NCBI RefSeq assembly: GCF_000025505.1
Contig: NC_013849.1
Span: forward strand, 450,001 to 482,000
Direction: 5' to 3'
DNA: 32,000 bases
Origin: Ferroglobus placidus DSM 10642
Lineage (GTDB): Archaea > Halobacteriota > Archaeoglobi > Archaeoglobales > Archaeoglobaceae
The notes under the pieces were generated by a model. That model saw only the letters and a program-made list of their open reading frames with translations. It was not told where the DNA came from and did no database searches. This document shows positions 18,345-26,787 of the stretch, in pieces. The stretch's first letter is position 1; each line of letters starts with the position of its first letter. Made by a program: the position numbers and the translations under genes.

Positions 18345-20882
18345 ATGATGGAGGTAAGGTTGGATTCCGGTTCCTGTTCTGAGAGGATTAGCTGGAATTT
18401 TGAGCTCAACGTGATAAAGGAGTACCTCAGCAGGTTCTACTACTCGGATTTTGCATGCATCCGAGAGTATGTGGCGAACGCAATAGCTGCCCAGCATGCT
18501 GCAGGAGTAAAAGATGCGATTCATGTTGAAATAACTCCCGGGAAAATTGTTGTGGAGGACAGGGGCATAGGGATAAGCAGGCAGAAGTTCGAAGAGGTTT
18601 TCATGTGGTTCGGGAGGAGCAGCAATGCGGAGCTTGAGGGTGTGCAGGGCAGGCTCGGTTTAGGGGCCAAGTCATTCATGATGCTGACAGGAGATACAGG
18701 GAAAGTTGTGATGAAAACAAAGTCGAGGGAGACTGGAGAGTCCTACACAGCAGTTCTCACAGCGACGGGAGCGGAGATAGTGGAGAGTGAGGGAAAGGAG
18801 GAATTTGGTACGAGGTTCGAAATCTACCCAGAGACTCCTCTGAGCCCTGAGAAGCTATCTGACTTCTACAGCAAAGTTGCTATGCACTTCGACTTCTCCA
18901 GGATTCCGGTGCATGTTAAGGTGTATGCGGACGAGCCCTTCAGGGTGGTCAAAACAGGAAGAGAGATCAGTGTTGAGTGGGTTGAGGTCGAGGATGATGG
19001 ATATAGGTGGAAGTGGTGGTTTGCAAGGAGTATTGAGGCTGTTTTCGGAATCCAGAACCACCAGATAGAGATCATTGAGGACAATGCAGTCTATGAGCTC
19101 GGAGTAATGAAGGGCAAGCAGAGAAACTATGGAGTAGTGGTTGTTGGTGATGTCAGAGTAGACAAAACATTCGAGGACAACCTCTTCATCAGGATAAAGG
19201 CGGAGGATGGCCGAAAAATAGAGATGCTTGGTGTGGAGGTGAGAGTTCCAGAACCATTACCAAACAGAGATGAGTACAAGGGCCTTGATGATTTTCTGAT
19301 GTTTGTCGGACTGCAGTACAGGATAAGGAAGTTCATAGAGAAAGGATACGACAGATTCCTCAACTCCAGCGTCTTGGACATTATTCGGCATGCCCGCCTG
19401 AAGGAGCTTGAGAAAGAGATGCGCCACATCAAAGATGCCGCCAGGAGCTGGAGAACATACGATGAGAGAGCTCTTGCAGCAATTGAGAACGCCCTCCCCG
19501 GATTTGCAAGGCTTGAGAAAACAGTTCGGATTTTGCTCACAGAACTGCCGGCATACGGCAGGTGGGGCTATCTGGTTAGGAACAGGAGGAGGGCCGTTGA
19601 AGTTGCAACCGTCATAAGGTATGCTCAGGGTGGGGAGCAGGTAGGGTATCTCACAAAGAGGCCGGATGCAAGAAAGGAGAGAGTGCTGGATGAGAAGGAC
19701 ATCTACGCAGTCTACACTGAAGATCCGGAGATAATCGCTTTCCTTGAGAGAAATGGAGTGAAGGAGCTGAAGGTGAAGGACGAGAGGAGGAGAGTGAAGA
19801 TCTACGAGCATGTATGGGGTGAGTTCGAGGGAGGAAATCCGGAATACGTGGAGATTGACAACCTTGTTTACAGGTGGAGTAGCGAATGGAACGAAAGTGG
19901 TAAGATAATCATATTCACCACAAAGGTGAGCGATCTCAAGGGCAAATACCTCCCGCCCTGCTTAGTTGTAACCGGTGGTAAGAAGCTGTACAGTGAACTC
20001 AAGGAGGTGTTCGGCGACTTCCTGATGACGTACGATGAGTGGGAGGAGATGGTCAGAGAGACTACGGTGATTACGGATGGCCAGAAGGTTATGGCCCTCA
20101 GCGATCTCGATGAGCTTGAGCCCGGTGAGAGGGGCTACCTTGTTGAGACCGCTTATCCGGAGTTGATCCCTGCCCTCAGGAAGGTCAGCGGGATCTACAC
20201 GTTTGTAGATGTGACGGACTACACGATCGCACGAAACCTCTTTAATGCCAAAAAGCTGGAGAAGGTGTTTGGAGAATGGACCAGATATGCATACGAGTGG
20301 GATCTTAACTTCATGGCTGGAAAGATTGGTAGAGAGGCTGCAGAGGCGATACACCTCCTCCTCAAACACGGGAAAGACTACTCCTGCATTGATAAAGAGC
20401 TGGTTGAGATAGCATGCAGGCATGCAGGAGTTAAAGGCAAGACAATGGAGGAGCTGAAGGAGGTTGCAAAACCAGTGGTGGAAAGGATAGTGGAGAAGTA
20501 CGGAACGCTCAGGCTCGGCAGAAAGTTCCCGGTTGAGGCAATCTTGTACAGAGGGTCAGTGGGCGGGTTTGACGGGATCACGGCAGGAATAAAGCTTGCA
20601 AACCCGCTCATCCCAACATTCACATACGAAATGGCAGGAAAAGCGGGTGAAGAGGGGCTGAAGCTGAAGAGGCTCCAGAGCATGCTTGGCATATTCGGAG
20701 CGCTTGTATGGTATGTCGAGAAGGGAGGGACGCTGGATAAGCCGGATGGAGAGAAAATGATGGCGGAAGAGGTTGTGAGGAAGCTCCTGCCAGCATTTGT
20801 ACGGTCAGACAATGACTGGAAACAGTTAGTGAAAATTGCACCGAGAGTGTCAAAGAAACTGGCACTGGCAGCCCTGCTCTGA
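18345..20882 (+). CDS. GHKL/Hsp90-fold ATPase (845 aa)
   Basis: N-box IREYVANAIAA, DRGIGI, GRLGLGAKS, FGTRF; KKLALAALL C-terminus. Confidence 0.8.
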   Translation: MMEVRLDSGSCSERISWNFELNVIKEYLSRFYYSDFACIREYVANAIAAQHAAGVKDAIHVEITPGKIVVEDRGIGISRQKFEEVFMWFGRSSNAELEGVQGRLGLGAKSFMMLTGDTGKVVMKTKSRETGESYTAVLTATGAEIVESEGKEEFGTRFEIYPETPLSPEKLSDFYSKVAMHFDFSRIPVHVKVYADEPFRVVKTGREISVEWVEVEDDGYRWKWWFARSIEAVFGIQNHQIEIIEDNAVYELGVMKGKQRNYGVVVVGDVRVDKTFEDNLFIRIKAEDGRKIEMLGVEVRVPEPLPNRDEYKGLDDFLMFVGLQYRIRKFIEKGYDRFLNSSVLDIIRHARLKELEKEMRHIKDAARSWRTYDERALAAIENALPGFARLEKTVRILLTELPAYGRWGYLVRNRRRAVEVATVIRYAQGGEQVGYLTKRPDARKERVLDEKDIYAVYTEDPEIIAFLERNGVKELKVKDERRRVKIYEHVWGEFEGGNPEYVEIDNLVYRWSSEWNESGKIIIFTTKVSDLKGKYLPPCLVVTGGKKLYSELKEVFGDFLMTYDEWEEMVRETTVITDGQKVMALSDLDELEPGERGYLVETAYPELIPALRKVSGIYTFVDVTDYTIARNLFNAKKLEKVFGEWTRYAYEWDLNFMAGKIGREAAEAIHLLLKHGKDYSCIDKELVEIACRHAGVKGKTMEELKEVAKPVVERIVEKYGTLRLGRKFPVEAILYRGSVGGFDGITAGIKLANPLIPTFTYEMAGKAGEEGLKLKRLQSMLGIFGALVWYVEKGGTLDKPDGEKMMAEEVVRKLLPAFVRSDNDWKQLVKIAPRVSKKLALAALL

Positions 20883-20937
20883 CTTTTTCGGGTTTTTTGC
20901 TGAGTTAGGGGTTCAGTTGGATTTGGAGGTGGTTAGA

Positions 20938-21759
20938 TTGGTCGGATTGATTGTGAAAAAGGTAGAGGATGTGAGAATAGACTGTGCTGAGTGGGAAAAA
21001 TCCTATACAGTCTCCGGCAGAGTGCTTGCAGGTGATGGGGGTGAAACCAGTGAATGGGTGTGGAAGGAGTTTGATGATGCTCTGCACAAGGCCATTGACA
21101 GAATAAACTCCTCCCACCCGTCTCACTTCAGCGGTTACAGCCACTCTCTGGCTGGTAATGTGATCATCACCCTGAACTCTGTCCTCAAAGATCACGAACT
21201 CAGAGTGCTGTCCCGAGAGCTCGGGGCACCGATACGGTTCCGAAAACACTACAGGGCTTCAGGAAACAAGAGTTGGAGGGGCTGGAAGCTGAATGCTGAA
21301 GCATTCATCAGTTTTGCGGCCAGAGGAAATGAAGATACTGCAGAGATCAGCGTTAAATTCTGGGAAGAGTTTTCGACATCTGCCTACGATTACACAATAG
21401 AGCCGCAGATCCACGTGAGGAACTTCTACCGCACAATCACCCGGGAAAGAGCAGCGGACTACATGAAGGATCTGGAGAGGCTGAAACTCCTGAACAAAGC
21501 CGAATTCAAGGAGTGTGAGGTCATAGCTGTCACAAAAAAGAGTGGAAGGTATCTGGTTCTCAAGGAGCTTTTCGAGGACAGCAATGACAGGCTGTACATC
21601 TTCAGAGTTGAGGGAAGAGTAGGAAAGGTGGGAGCCAGGTACTACGTGGATGTTGCAGGAAAAACGCTATGGACTCCGGGCAAAAAACTCCTGTCCAGGG
21701 ATTTTGTAGCAGAACCTCCTCTGGAGGTTAAGAAGGAGTTGCTCATGCTTTCTATTTAG
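20938..21759 (+). CDS. hypothetical protein (~273 aa), VKKELLMLSI C-terminus
   Basis: TTG start after GGAGGTGG; the track start overlaps the previous gene. Confidence 0.6.
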   Translation: MVGLIVKKVEDVRIDCAEWEKSYTVSGRVLAGDGGETSEWVWKEFDDALHKAIDRINSSHPSHFSGYSHSLAGNVIITLNSVLKDHELRVLSRELGAPIRFRKHYRASGNKSWRGWKLNAEAFISFAARGNEDTAEISVKFWEEFSTSAYDYTIEPQIHVRNFYRTITRERAADYMKDLERLKLLNKAEFKECEVIAVTKKSGRYLVLKELFEDSNDRLYIFRVEGRVGKVGARYYVDVAGKTLWTPGKKLLSRDFVAEPPLEVKKELLMLSI

Positions 21760-21781
21760 CCGCGGGTGAGGGGGTGGTGTT

Positions 21782-22192
21782 GTGGTCTGCGAGAGAAGGG
21801 ATGATTCCTGCCCGTACCACAGCAATGGGATGTGCAACTTCGAAAAAGCCCCAAAGCCAAAAACAATCGCAATCGACCTGGACGGGACAATTCTCGAATA
21901 CGATGGGTGGAAGGGACACAGTCACTTCGGAAAACCTCTGCCCGGAGCAAGGGAGGCTCTGCAAAAGCTGAAGGAAGAGGGCTTCGTGATAATAATTTGG
22001 ACAACAAGGGGAGACAGGGAAAAGGTTGCAAGGTATCTTAAGGAACAGGGCATACCCTTCGACTACATAAACGAGAATCCCTACCAGCCCCCGGATTCAA
22101 GCAACAAGATATACGCTGACTACTATGTTGATGACAGGGCCGTGGAATTCAAAGGAGACTGGCAGGAGGTCTTGAAGAAGGTTTTGCGGTAA
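21782..22192 (+). CDS. HAD-superfamily hydrolase with Cys-rich N-terminus
   Basis: DLDGTILEYDGW, IIIWTTRGDREKVARYL, YADYYVDDRAVEF. Confidence 0.8.
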   Translation: MVCERRDDSCPYHSNGMCNFEKAPKPKTIAIDLDGTILEYDGWKGHSHFGKPLPGAREALQKLKEEGFVIIIWTTRGDREKVARYLKEQGIPFDYINENPYQPPDSSNKIYADYYVDDRAVEFKGDWQEVLKKVLR

Positions 22193-22239
22193 TATTGTTG
22201 GTTTTTTGGTTTGTGGAGAGGGTTAGGAGGTGAGAAGAA

Positions 22240-22719
22240 ATGGAGGATGAAACAGTTGCAAAGATTGTGAAAGGATACAAGATCGAAGGCGGATTTAGAG
22301 TGCAATCGATAAATCTTGGCGACCGCAGAAAAGCCACAAGTAGTGTTTTTGCAAAAATCGTAGAGGACATTGACATGAGCAAAGCTAACGGATATGCGTT
22401 TATTGGAAACTTCTTGAACACGCACAAGGAAATGGATTTACCAAATGGGACTCTTCTGCTTGTTGTTAGAGGAGAAGGAAGCTGGAATCATCCACGCTCA
22501 CAGGCATACCTGATACAAATTAAGAATTCTAAACCAGTGGTCTTAATTAGTGAAAACTGGAAAAACAAGCTAACAATTAGAGATAAAGCTAAAGAAATCA
22601 TCGATGAGCTAAAGGGAGTGGATGTAAAGCTTGCTGAAGCAAAGAGATTGATAATAAAAGCAATTGAGCTTGTTGGGAAAGAAAAAGTACTTGAGATTAT
22701 AGAAAAGGAGGTGACGTGA
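22240..22719 (+). CDS. hypothetical protein (159 aa)
   Basis: ORF with AGGAGGTG SD. Confidence 0.6.
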   Translation: MEDETVAKIVKGYKIEGGFRVQSINLGDRRKATSSVFAKIVEDIDMSKANGYAFIGNFLNTHKEMDLPNGTLLLVVRGEGSWNHPRSQAYLIQIKNSKPVVLISENWKNKLTIRDKAKEIIDELKGVDVKLAEAKRLIIKAIELVGKEKVLEIIEKEVT

Positions 22720-22720
22720 G

Positions 22721-22858
22721 ATGCGATTTCCGGGAGTAGGTGGGCATAAAAACGAATTCTTTGTCTGGGATAGAGAAACAAAAGCCATATATGGGTTTAT
22801 TTGCGAGCCAAACGACAGCAGATACTCAAAGTTGCAAAAGAACGGTCGGGAGGTGTGA
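22721..22858 (+). CDS. small ORF (45 aa)
   Basis: AAGGAGGTGACGTGAGATG; MRFPGVGGHKNEFFVWDRETKAIYGFICEPNDSRYSKLQKNGREV; tightly packed between two ORFs. Confidence 0.5.
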   Translation: MRFPGVGGHKNEFFVWDRETKAIYGFICEPNDSRYSKLQKNGREV

Positions 22859-22861
22859 ATC

Positions 22862-23161
22862 ATGAAGAGCGTGGATGATATTATAAAAGAGTTTAATGAC
22901 GCTATAGAGCATCTTAGACTTTGTCGTGACGACGAGGAGTATAGAGTGCTTATGGGTTGTGGGGATTGGGACTACTATCTACCACACTACGAGGGAATTG
23001 TTGACTGGCTCAAAGAACACAAAGATGAATTTACTGTGGGAGAAATAATAGAGTGTGGCAGTGAAGACTTCGGTATAACGAGCATTTTGCTTTGTAAGGA
23101 TTCAGAGTGTGTTGTGTATCAGTTTGAAGACGGCATTTGTATTAACACCATACCATATTAA
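22862..23161 (+). CDS. hypothetical protein (99 aa)
   Basis: ORF with GGAGGTG SD. Confidence 0.6.
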   Translation: MKSVDDIIKEFNDAIEHLRLCRDDEEYRVLMGCGDWDYYLPHYEGIVDWLKEHKDEFTVGEIIECGSEDFGITSILLCKDSECVVYQFEDGICINTIPY

Positions 23162-23206
23162 GATCTTTTGGCCAGATATATCATTCTGCTTCAAGTTGCT
23201 TCAAAT

Positions 23207-23221
23207 CGAAAGATTTATATA
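23207..23221 (+). promoter_or_regulatory. archaeal BRE/TATA-like promoter
   Basis: CGAAAGATTTATATA upstream of the 23259 ORF. Confidence 0.6.
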
Positions 23222-23258
23222 CCTTGAGTTTTATAGATTGTATTGAGGTGATGAAAAG

Positions 23259-23519
23259 ATGTGTTATGTGAAAGGTAGCAAAATAGTGCCATGCGAAAAA
23301 AGCAAACGCAACAAAGCCTTGTGTGCCAGAATAACGCAAAAACTTCAGACAGGCAAAACGTACAAAATAGATTCAGGAGACTTTGATCCATACTACTACA
23401 CTGTGGAGAGCATCGAGGAAGACAGTATAAAAGTCTCAATGACTTTAATACATCCGGACGTTGCCTACAGACACAATATTTGCAACGCCAGAGCTCATGG
23501 TACTATTAAACTTATCTAA
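23259..23519 (+). CDS. hypothetical small protein (86 aa)
   Basis: ORF downstream of a promoter-like sequence. Confidence 0.55.
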   Translation: MCYVKGSKIVPCEKSKRNKALCARITQKLQTGKTYKIDSGDFDPYYYTVESIEEDSIKVSMTLIHPDVAYRHNICNARAHGTIKLI

Positions 23520-23563
23520 TTTTTCGTTTACCTCTGCCCAGAATACTTATAGAGGTGACAGAA

Positions 23564-23701
23564 ATGGCTGAAGAGGTAATTGTCAGAATCCCTAAACAGC
23601 TCATACAACAACTCAGGGAGTTATTCCCCGAGCTCGGAGACGAGAGTGACGCAACAGTTGTCAGAATAGCATTACGCAAGCTGATTCTTGAAAAATCTTA
23701 A
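23564..23701 (+). CDS. ribbon-helix-helix-like small regulator (45 aa)
   Basis: AGAGGTGA SD; MAEEVIVRIPKQLIQQLRELFPELGDESDATVVRIALRKLILEKS. Confidence 0.55.
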   Translation: MAEEVIVRIPKQLIQQLRELFPELGDESDATVVRIALRKLILEKS

Positions 23702-23763
23702 TTTTTATTGATTGTTGGATCTTAATTTTTATTGTTGGAGAAATTATAGTAGGAGGGGATACT

Positions 23764-24738
23764 ATGTCTGAGTCCAAATTCTGGTTGATAAGTGGTTTTC
23801 ACGGTAACCGGGATTTTTCGCAGCAGATAGGCGGCCCCGTGATTGATATCCCGCACTGCGATTATTATGCGGTCTATGAGGAGTACACCATGAACTTAAC
23901 AGACCTGTGCAGGCCTGATCCTGATTTAAGCGAGACTGAAGCGGCTGAAATGTTTGCAGAGCTTGCAAACGCTTATCTTGATGAGGTGACTGAGAAGCTG
24001 AAACTTCTCGTAGAATACCTGTACGATGACGTGTTCTTCATTGTGAGTAACCGCGACTATCCCAGCATGCTGGTAGTAGATATATATGCTGTAGCTCCCG
24101 TCGAACCAGAAGACTACTTACGACAGGAATACGATTATTTTATAGATGCAGAAACACTTGTCAAGATTGCGAAGGCTTATGACAGGCTGAACAACGAGGA
24201 GGAAGCTATAAAGGCGGTTCTTGGTAACATATCTGAGGAGGAGCTGGAGAGATGGATAGGCTTTGACTGGCAGGACGTGCTGGATGCGGCAGAACGCCAC
24301 GAAAACGCAATGAAGGAGCTCGAAGATTTCAGGAGGAGGTGCAGGGTTGAAAAGGGCTATCTTGTGGATGTGGATGTTACAGGGCTGTACACCCTTCACC
24401 AAGGAGAATACAGGGATGAGAACATTGTTCTGTTCAGACCAAGAGAGGATAGCAGCCTGAGATACATAATGGACAGGAAGACGCTTCGAATCTGGAGCAT
24501 CCAGCACTCTCCTCTTTTTGAACACAGACCGGTTCTGCACCTCTGCAGGTACATTGAGGCCTGTTTGAAGTCAGAGGCAGAGGCAGATGCCGAAAAGGAG
24601 GCCAGGAAAAGAGAGGCGCTTGAGGCTCTCTTCAACTCGCTTGGAGAGCCGATCGATCTCGCAGGACGAGAAGAGCAGTTTGCAGAGTGCCTCATTGGAA
24701 TTGGACTGAAAAAGGAGGCCTTAGCGCTCACGCTGTGA
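23764..24738 (+). CDS. hypothetical protein (324 aa), LKKEALALTL C-terminus
   Basis: Long ORF with AGGAGG SD. Confidence 0.7.
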   Translation: MSESKFWLISGFHGNRDFSQQIGGPVIDIPHCDYYAVYEEYTMNLTDLCRPDPDLSETEAAEMFAELANAYLDEVTEKLKLLVEYLYDDVFFIVSNRDYPSMLVVDIYAVAPVEPEDYLRQEYDYFIDAETLVKIAKAYDRLNNEEEAIKAVLGNISEEELERWIGFDWQDVLDAAERHENAMKELEDFRRRCRVEKGYLVDVDVTGLYTLHQGEYRDENIVLFRPREDSSLRYIMDRKTLRIWSIQHSPLFEHRPVLHLCRYIEACLKSEAEADAEKEARKREALEALFNSLGEPIDLAGREEQFAECLIGIGLKKEALALTL

Positions 24739-24813
24739 GGGGTGAGTACTGTCTTCGAGTTCTCGCATACTGTTTGATTTGGGTTTTTGAACTTGATTTA
24801 AGGAGGTGGGAAA

Positions 24814-25449
24814 GTGGGTTATACGGTGGATATTATCGAATGCTCTCTTACTGCAAAATCTGTAGAGGAGGCGAAGAAGATCATCGAAGAGTTCGAGCGA
24901 GAAGGTGTGTTTGAGATCGATGAGGAGGGACACATAAGGCCCACTGACTGGTCTTTCAACTGGAGTAGTGACGAATACCTGTTCTTTGCTGCTTTAAGCA
25001 GGGTTGCAGAAGGATATATAGCGTTCAGAGGAGAGAACGGAGAAATCTGGAAGATTGAGCTGAAAGATGGAGAAATCATAGACTACACTGCAGAAATCGT
25101 TTACAGAAAGACCGGTTCAGCCAGGATCCATGAGGACTTTTTCAAGAAAAAGATGGTGGCCAATGAGAGATATGTTGCTGCTGTAACAGAGTTTGATACG
25201 GTAATTGCATACGACAGGAAACACAGGCAATGGCTGAACATCCGGCTCTACGGATCTCTGGCAGATCTTGAGATTCTTGAGGCCATTATCCGCGGGGAGG
25301 ATCTGAGTTTGCAGAGCGAGGAGCAGTGGAGCACAAAGGCTTGGCTTGACCGCGAAACTATTGAGGAATTTGCCCGAAAAGTTCTGAGCTCAGACATTGA
25401 CCAAAAAATAAAAAATGAGGTAAAGAAGGAATTGCTAACCTTACTTTAG
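24814..25449 (+). CDS. hypothetical protein (211 aa), VKKELLTLL C-terminus
   Basis: GTG start after GGAGGTGGG. Confidence 0.7.
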   Translation: MGYTVDIIECSLTAKSVEEAKKIIEEFEREGVFEIDEEGHIRPTDWSFNWSSDEYLFFAALSRVAEGYIAFRGENGEIWKIELKDGEIIDYTAEIVYRKTGSARIHEDFFKKKMVANERYVAAVTEFDTVIAYDRKHRQWLNIRLYGSLADLEILEAIIRGEDLSLQSEEQWSTKAWLDRETIEEFARKVLSSDIDQKIKNEVKKELLTLL

Positions 25450-25521
25450 AGCAACCTTTTCTTAGCTTTGATGCAGATTGTGATCTCCGAGTTAGGCAGG
25501 AAGCTTTCGCCCCTCTTAACC

Positions 25522-26652
25522 TCAATCTTCCTGGTCTTTGTTATCGTGATGTTGCCAGCATTCACAGTGATCTTTATCTCGTAACTCCCCTGCATAGCAG
25601 CAGCAGTTCAGTTTAGTTTCATGGTCTTTGTTATCGTGATCTCTCCGGCATTTGCCGTGATCCTCATCTCGTAACTCCCCTGCATAGCAGCAGCAGTTCG
25701 ATTTCCCTCCTAAAGGATGCGGACAAATGGGTTTGCAGGGTTCGCCAGGTTTGCAGGGTGGACAGGGTATTTCAGGTGGACAAGGTTCGCCAAGTGAGCA
25801 ATGAATCCTTTTTACGGTCACGGTAACGGTGTCTTCAGCTGTCTGTCCTGCTGTATCAACTGCAACAGCTCTGATTGTGTGCGTTCCAACCGTGAGAGCT
25901 ATTGTTGTATCGTATGGAGAATGACGGTCTTTTCCAATGGGGTGGCCATCAGCATAGAACTCAACTCTCCAGATTCCTTTATCATCGCTTGCATCAGCCA
26001 CAATTTTCATCCTACAGGCGTTTGAGTGGGTTATACAGACGTATCCATCATGTGGGGAGGTTATCTTGACTGTTGGTGGGTTGTCTGGGGCTGGAGTCGG
26101 AGTCGGTGTTGGAGTTGGTGTAGGTGTTGGAGTTGGAGTAGGAGCAGGCGTCGGAGTCGGTGACGGGGTAGGAGTGGGTGTTGGAGTCGTTGACGGGGTA
26201 GGAGTAGCTGGAGAAGCTTCAACTTTCACGGGTTTGCTTTCAGCCACAGTTGCTTTTGTGGGCCCGTAAACCAGGCTGAACGTCAGCATTCCTCCCCTCT
26301 TAAGCAGACTCGATGGTATAACTATCTGGTCTCCAGGATCAAACCTCAGCCTGTCCTTAACATCCTCTACGATAAGCCCCGGATCGGTTGCAGGAATTGT
26401 CTGGAGTACTGTTCCGTCAGCTGTCATAATGGTAAGGGAAAGATCGCTGTACTTTATCGAATCTCCGCCAGTATGCCTTACGATTATGGCCTTCGATGTG
26501 TCTGAGGGTTCGATGAAAGAAATGGCTGCAGCAGGGTTTTTCTCAGCCGCCAGACCGGCATGTGCGGCAACGGCTGCAGTACCGACAGCACCAGCCACTG
26601 CTAGAAAGATTAGAATAATTAGAGGGATTGCTCCGGATTCACTCCTCTCCAT
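25522..26652 (-). CDS. archaeal pilin-like N-terminus plus Thr/Pro linker plus Ig-like domain plus Cys-rich tail; secreted/surface protein
   Basis: N-terminal hydrophobic segment followed by IIVRHTGGDSIKYSDLSLTI, (PT)n linker, PPTVKITSPHDG...VEFYADGHPIG...HTIRAVAVDTAGQTAEDTVTVTV. Confidence 0.7.
   Translation of the reverse strand: MERSESGAIPLIILIFLAVAGAVGTAAVAAHAGLAAEKNPAAAISFIEPSDTSKAIIVRHTGGDSIKYSDLSLTIMTADGTVLQTIPATDPGLIVEDVKDRLRFDPGDQIVIPSSLLKRGGMLTFSLVYGPTKATVAESKPVKVEASPATPTPSTTPTPTPTPSPTPTPAPTPTPTPTPTPTPTPTPAPDNPPTVKITSPHDGYVCITHSNACRMKIVADASDDKGIWRVEFYADGHPIGKDRHSPYDTTIALTVGTHTIRAVAVDTAGQTAEDTVTVTVKRIHCSLGEPCPPEIPCPPCKPGEPCKPICPHPLGGKSNCCCYAGELRDEDHGKCRRDHDNKDHETKLNCCCYAGELRDKDHCECWQHHDNKDQED
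25536..25715. repeat. 90-bp tandem duplication (2 copies)
   Basis: 34-bp identical core at 25576-25609 and 25666-25699 plus identical CTTTGTTATCGTGAT at 25536 and 25626. Confidence 0.8.
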
Positions 26653-26694
26653 ACTACCACCTTCTTGTTACTACTACCATAAGAATAATACACT

Positions 26695-26715
26695 AAAAAC
26701 ATAAAATATTTATGG
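26695..26715. promoter_or_regulatory. A/T-rich candidate (possibly bidirectional) promoter between pilin-like gene and TFB gene
   Basis: AAAACATAAAATATTTATGG in the divergent intergenic region. Confidence 0.4.
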
Positions 26716-26787
26716 TTTCCCGGATTCTTGCGTTTGTGGATGTGGGTTTTTGTTTGTTGTGTGCTGGACAGATGGTAGGTGGTATAT

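Noticed and set aside
19257-19811. 184-aa minus-strand ORF
   Set aside because: Lies wholly antisense within the GHKL ATPase gene; no SD or domain support.
26100-26245. Periodic GGAGTC/GGTGTT tract as a CRISPR-like or satellite array
   Set aside because: It is coding low complexity (Pro-Thr linker), units are hexanucleotide-like, and there are no spacers.
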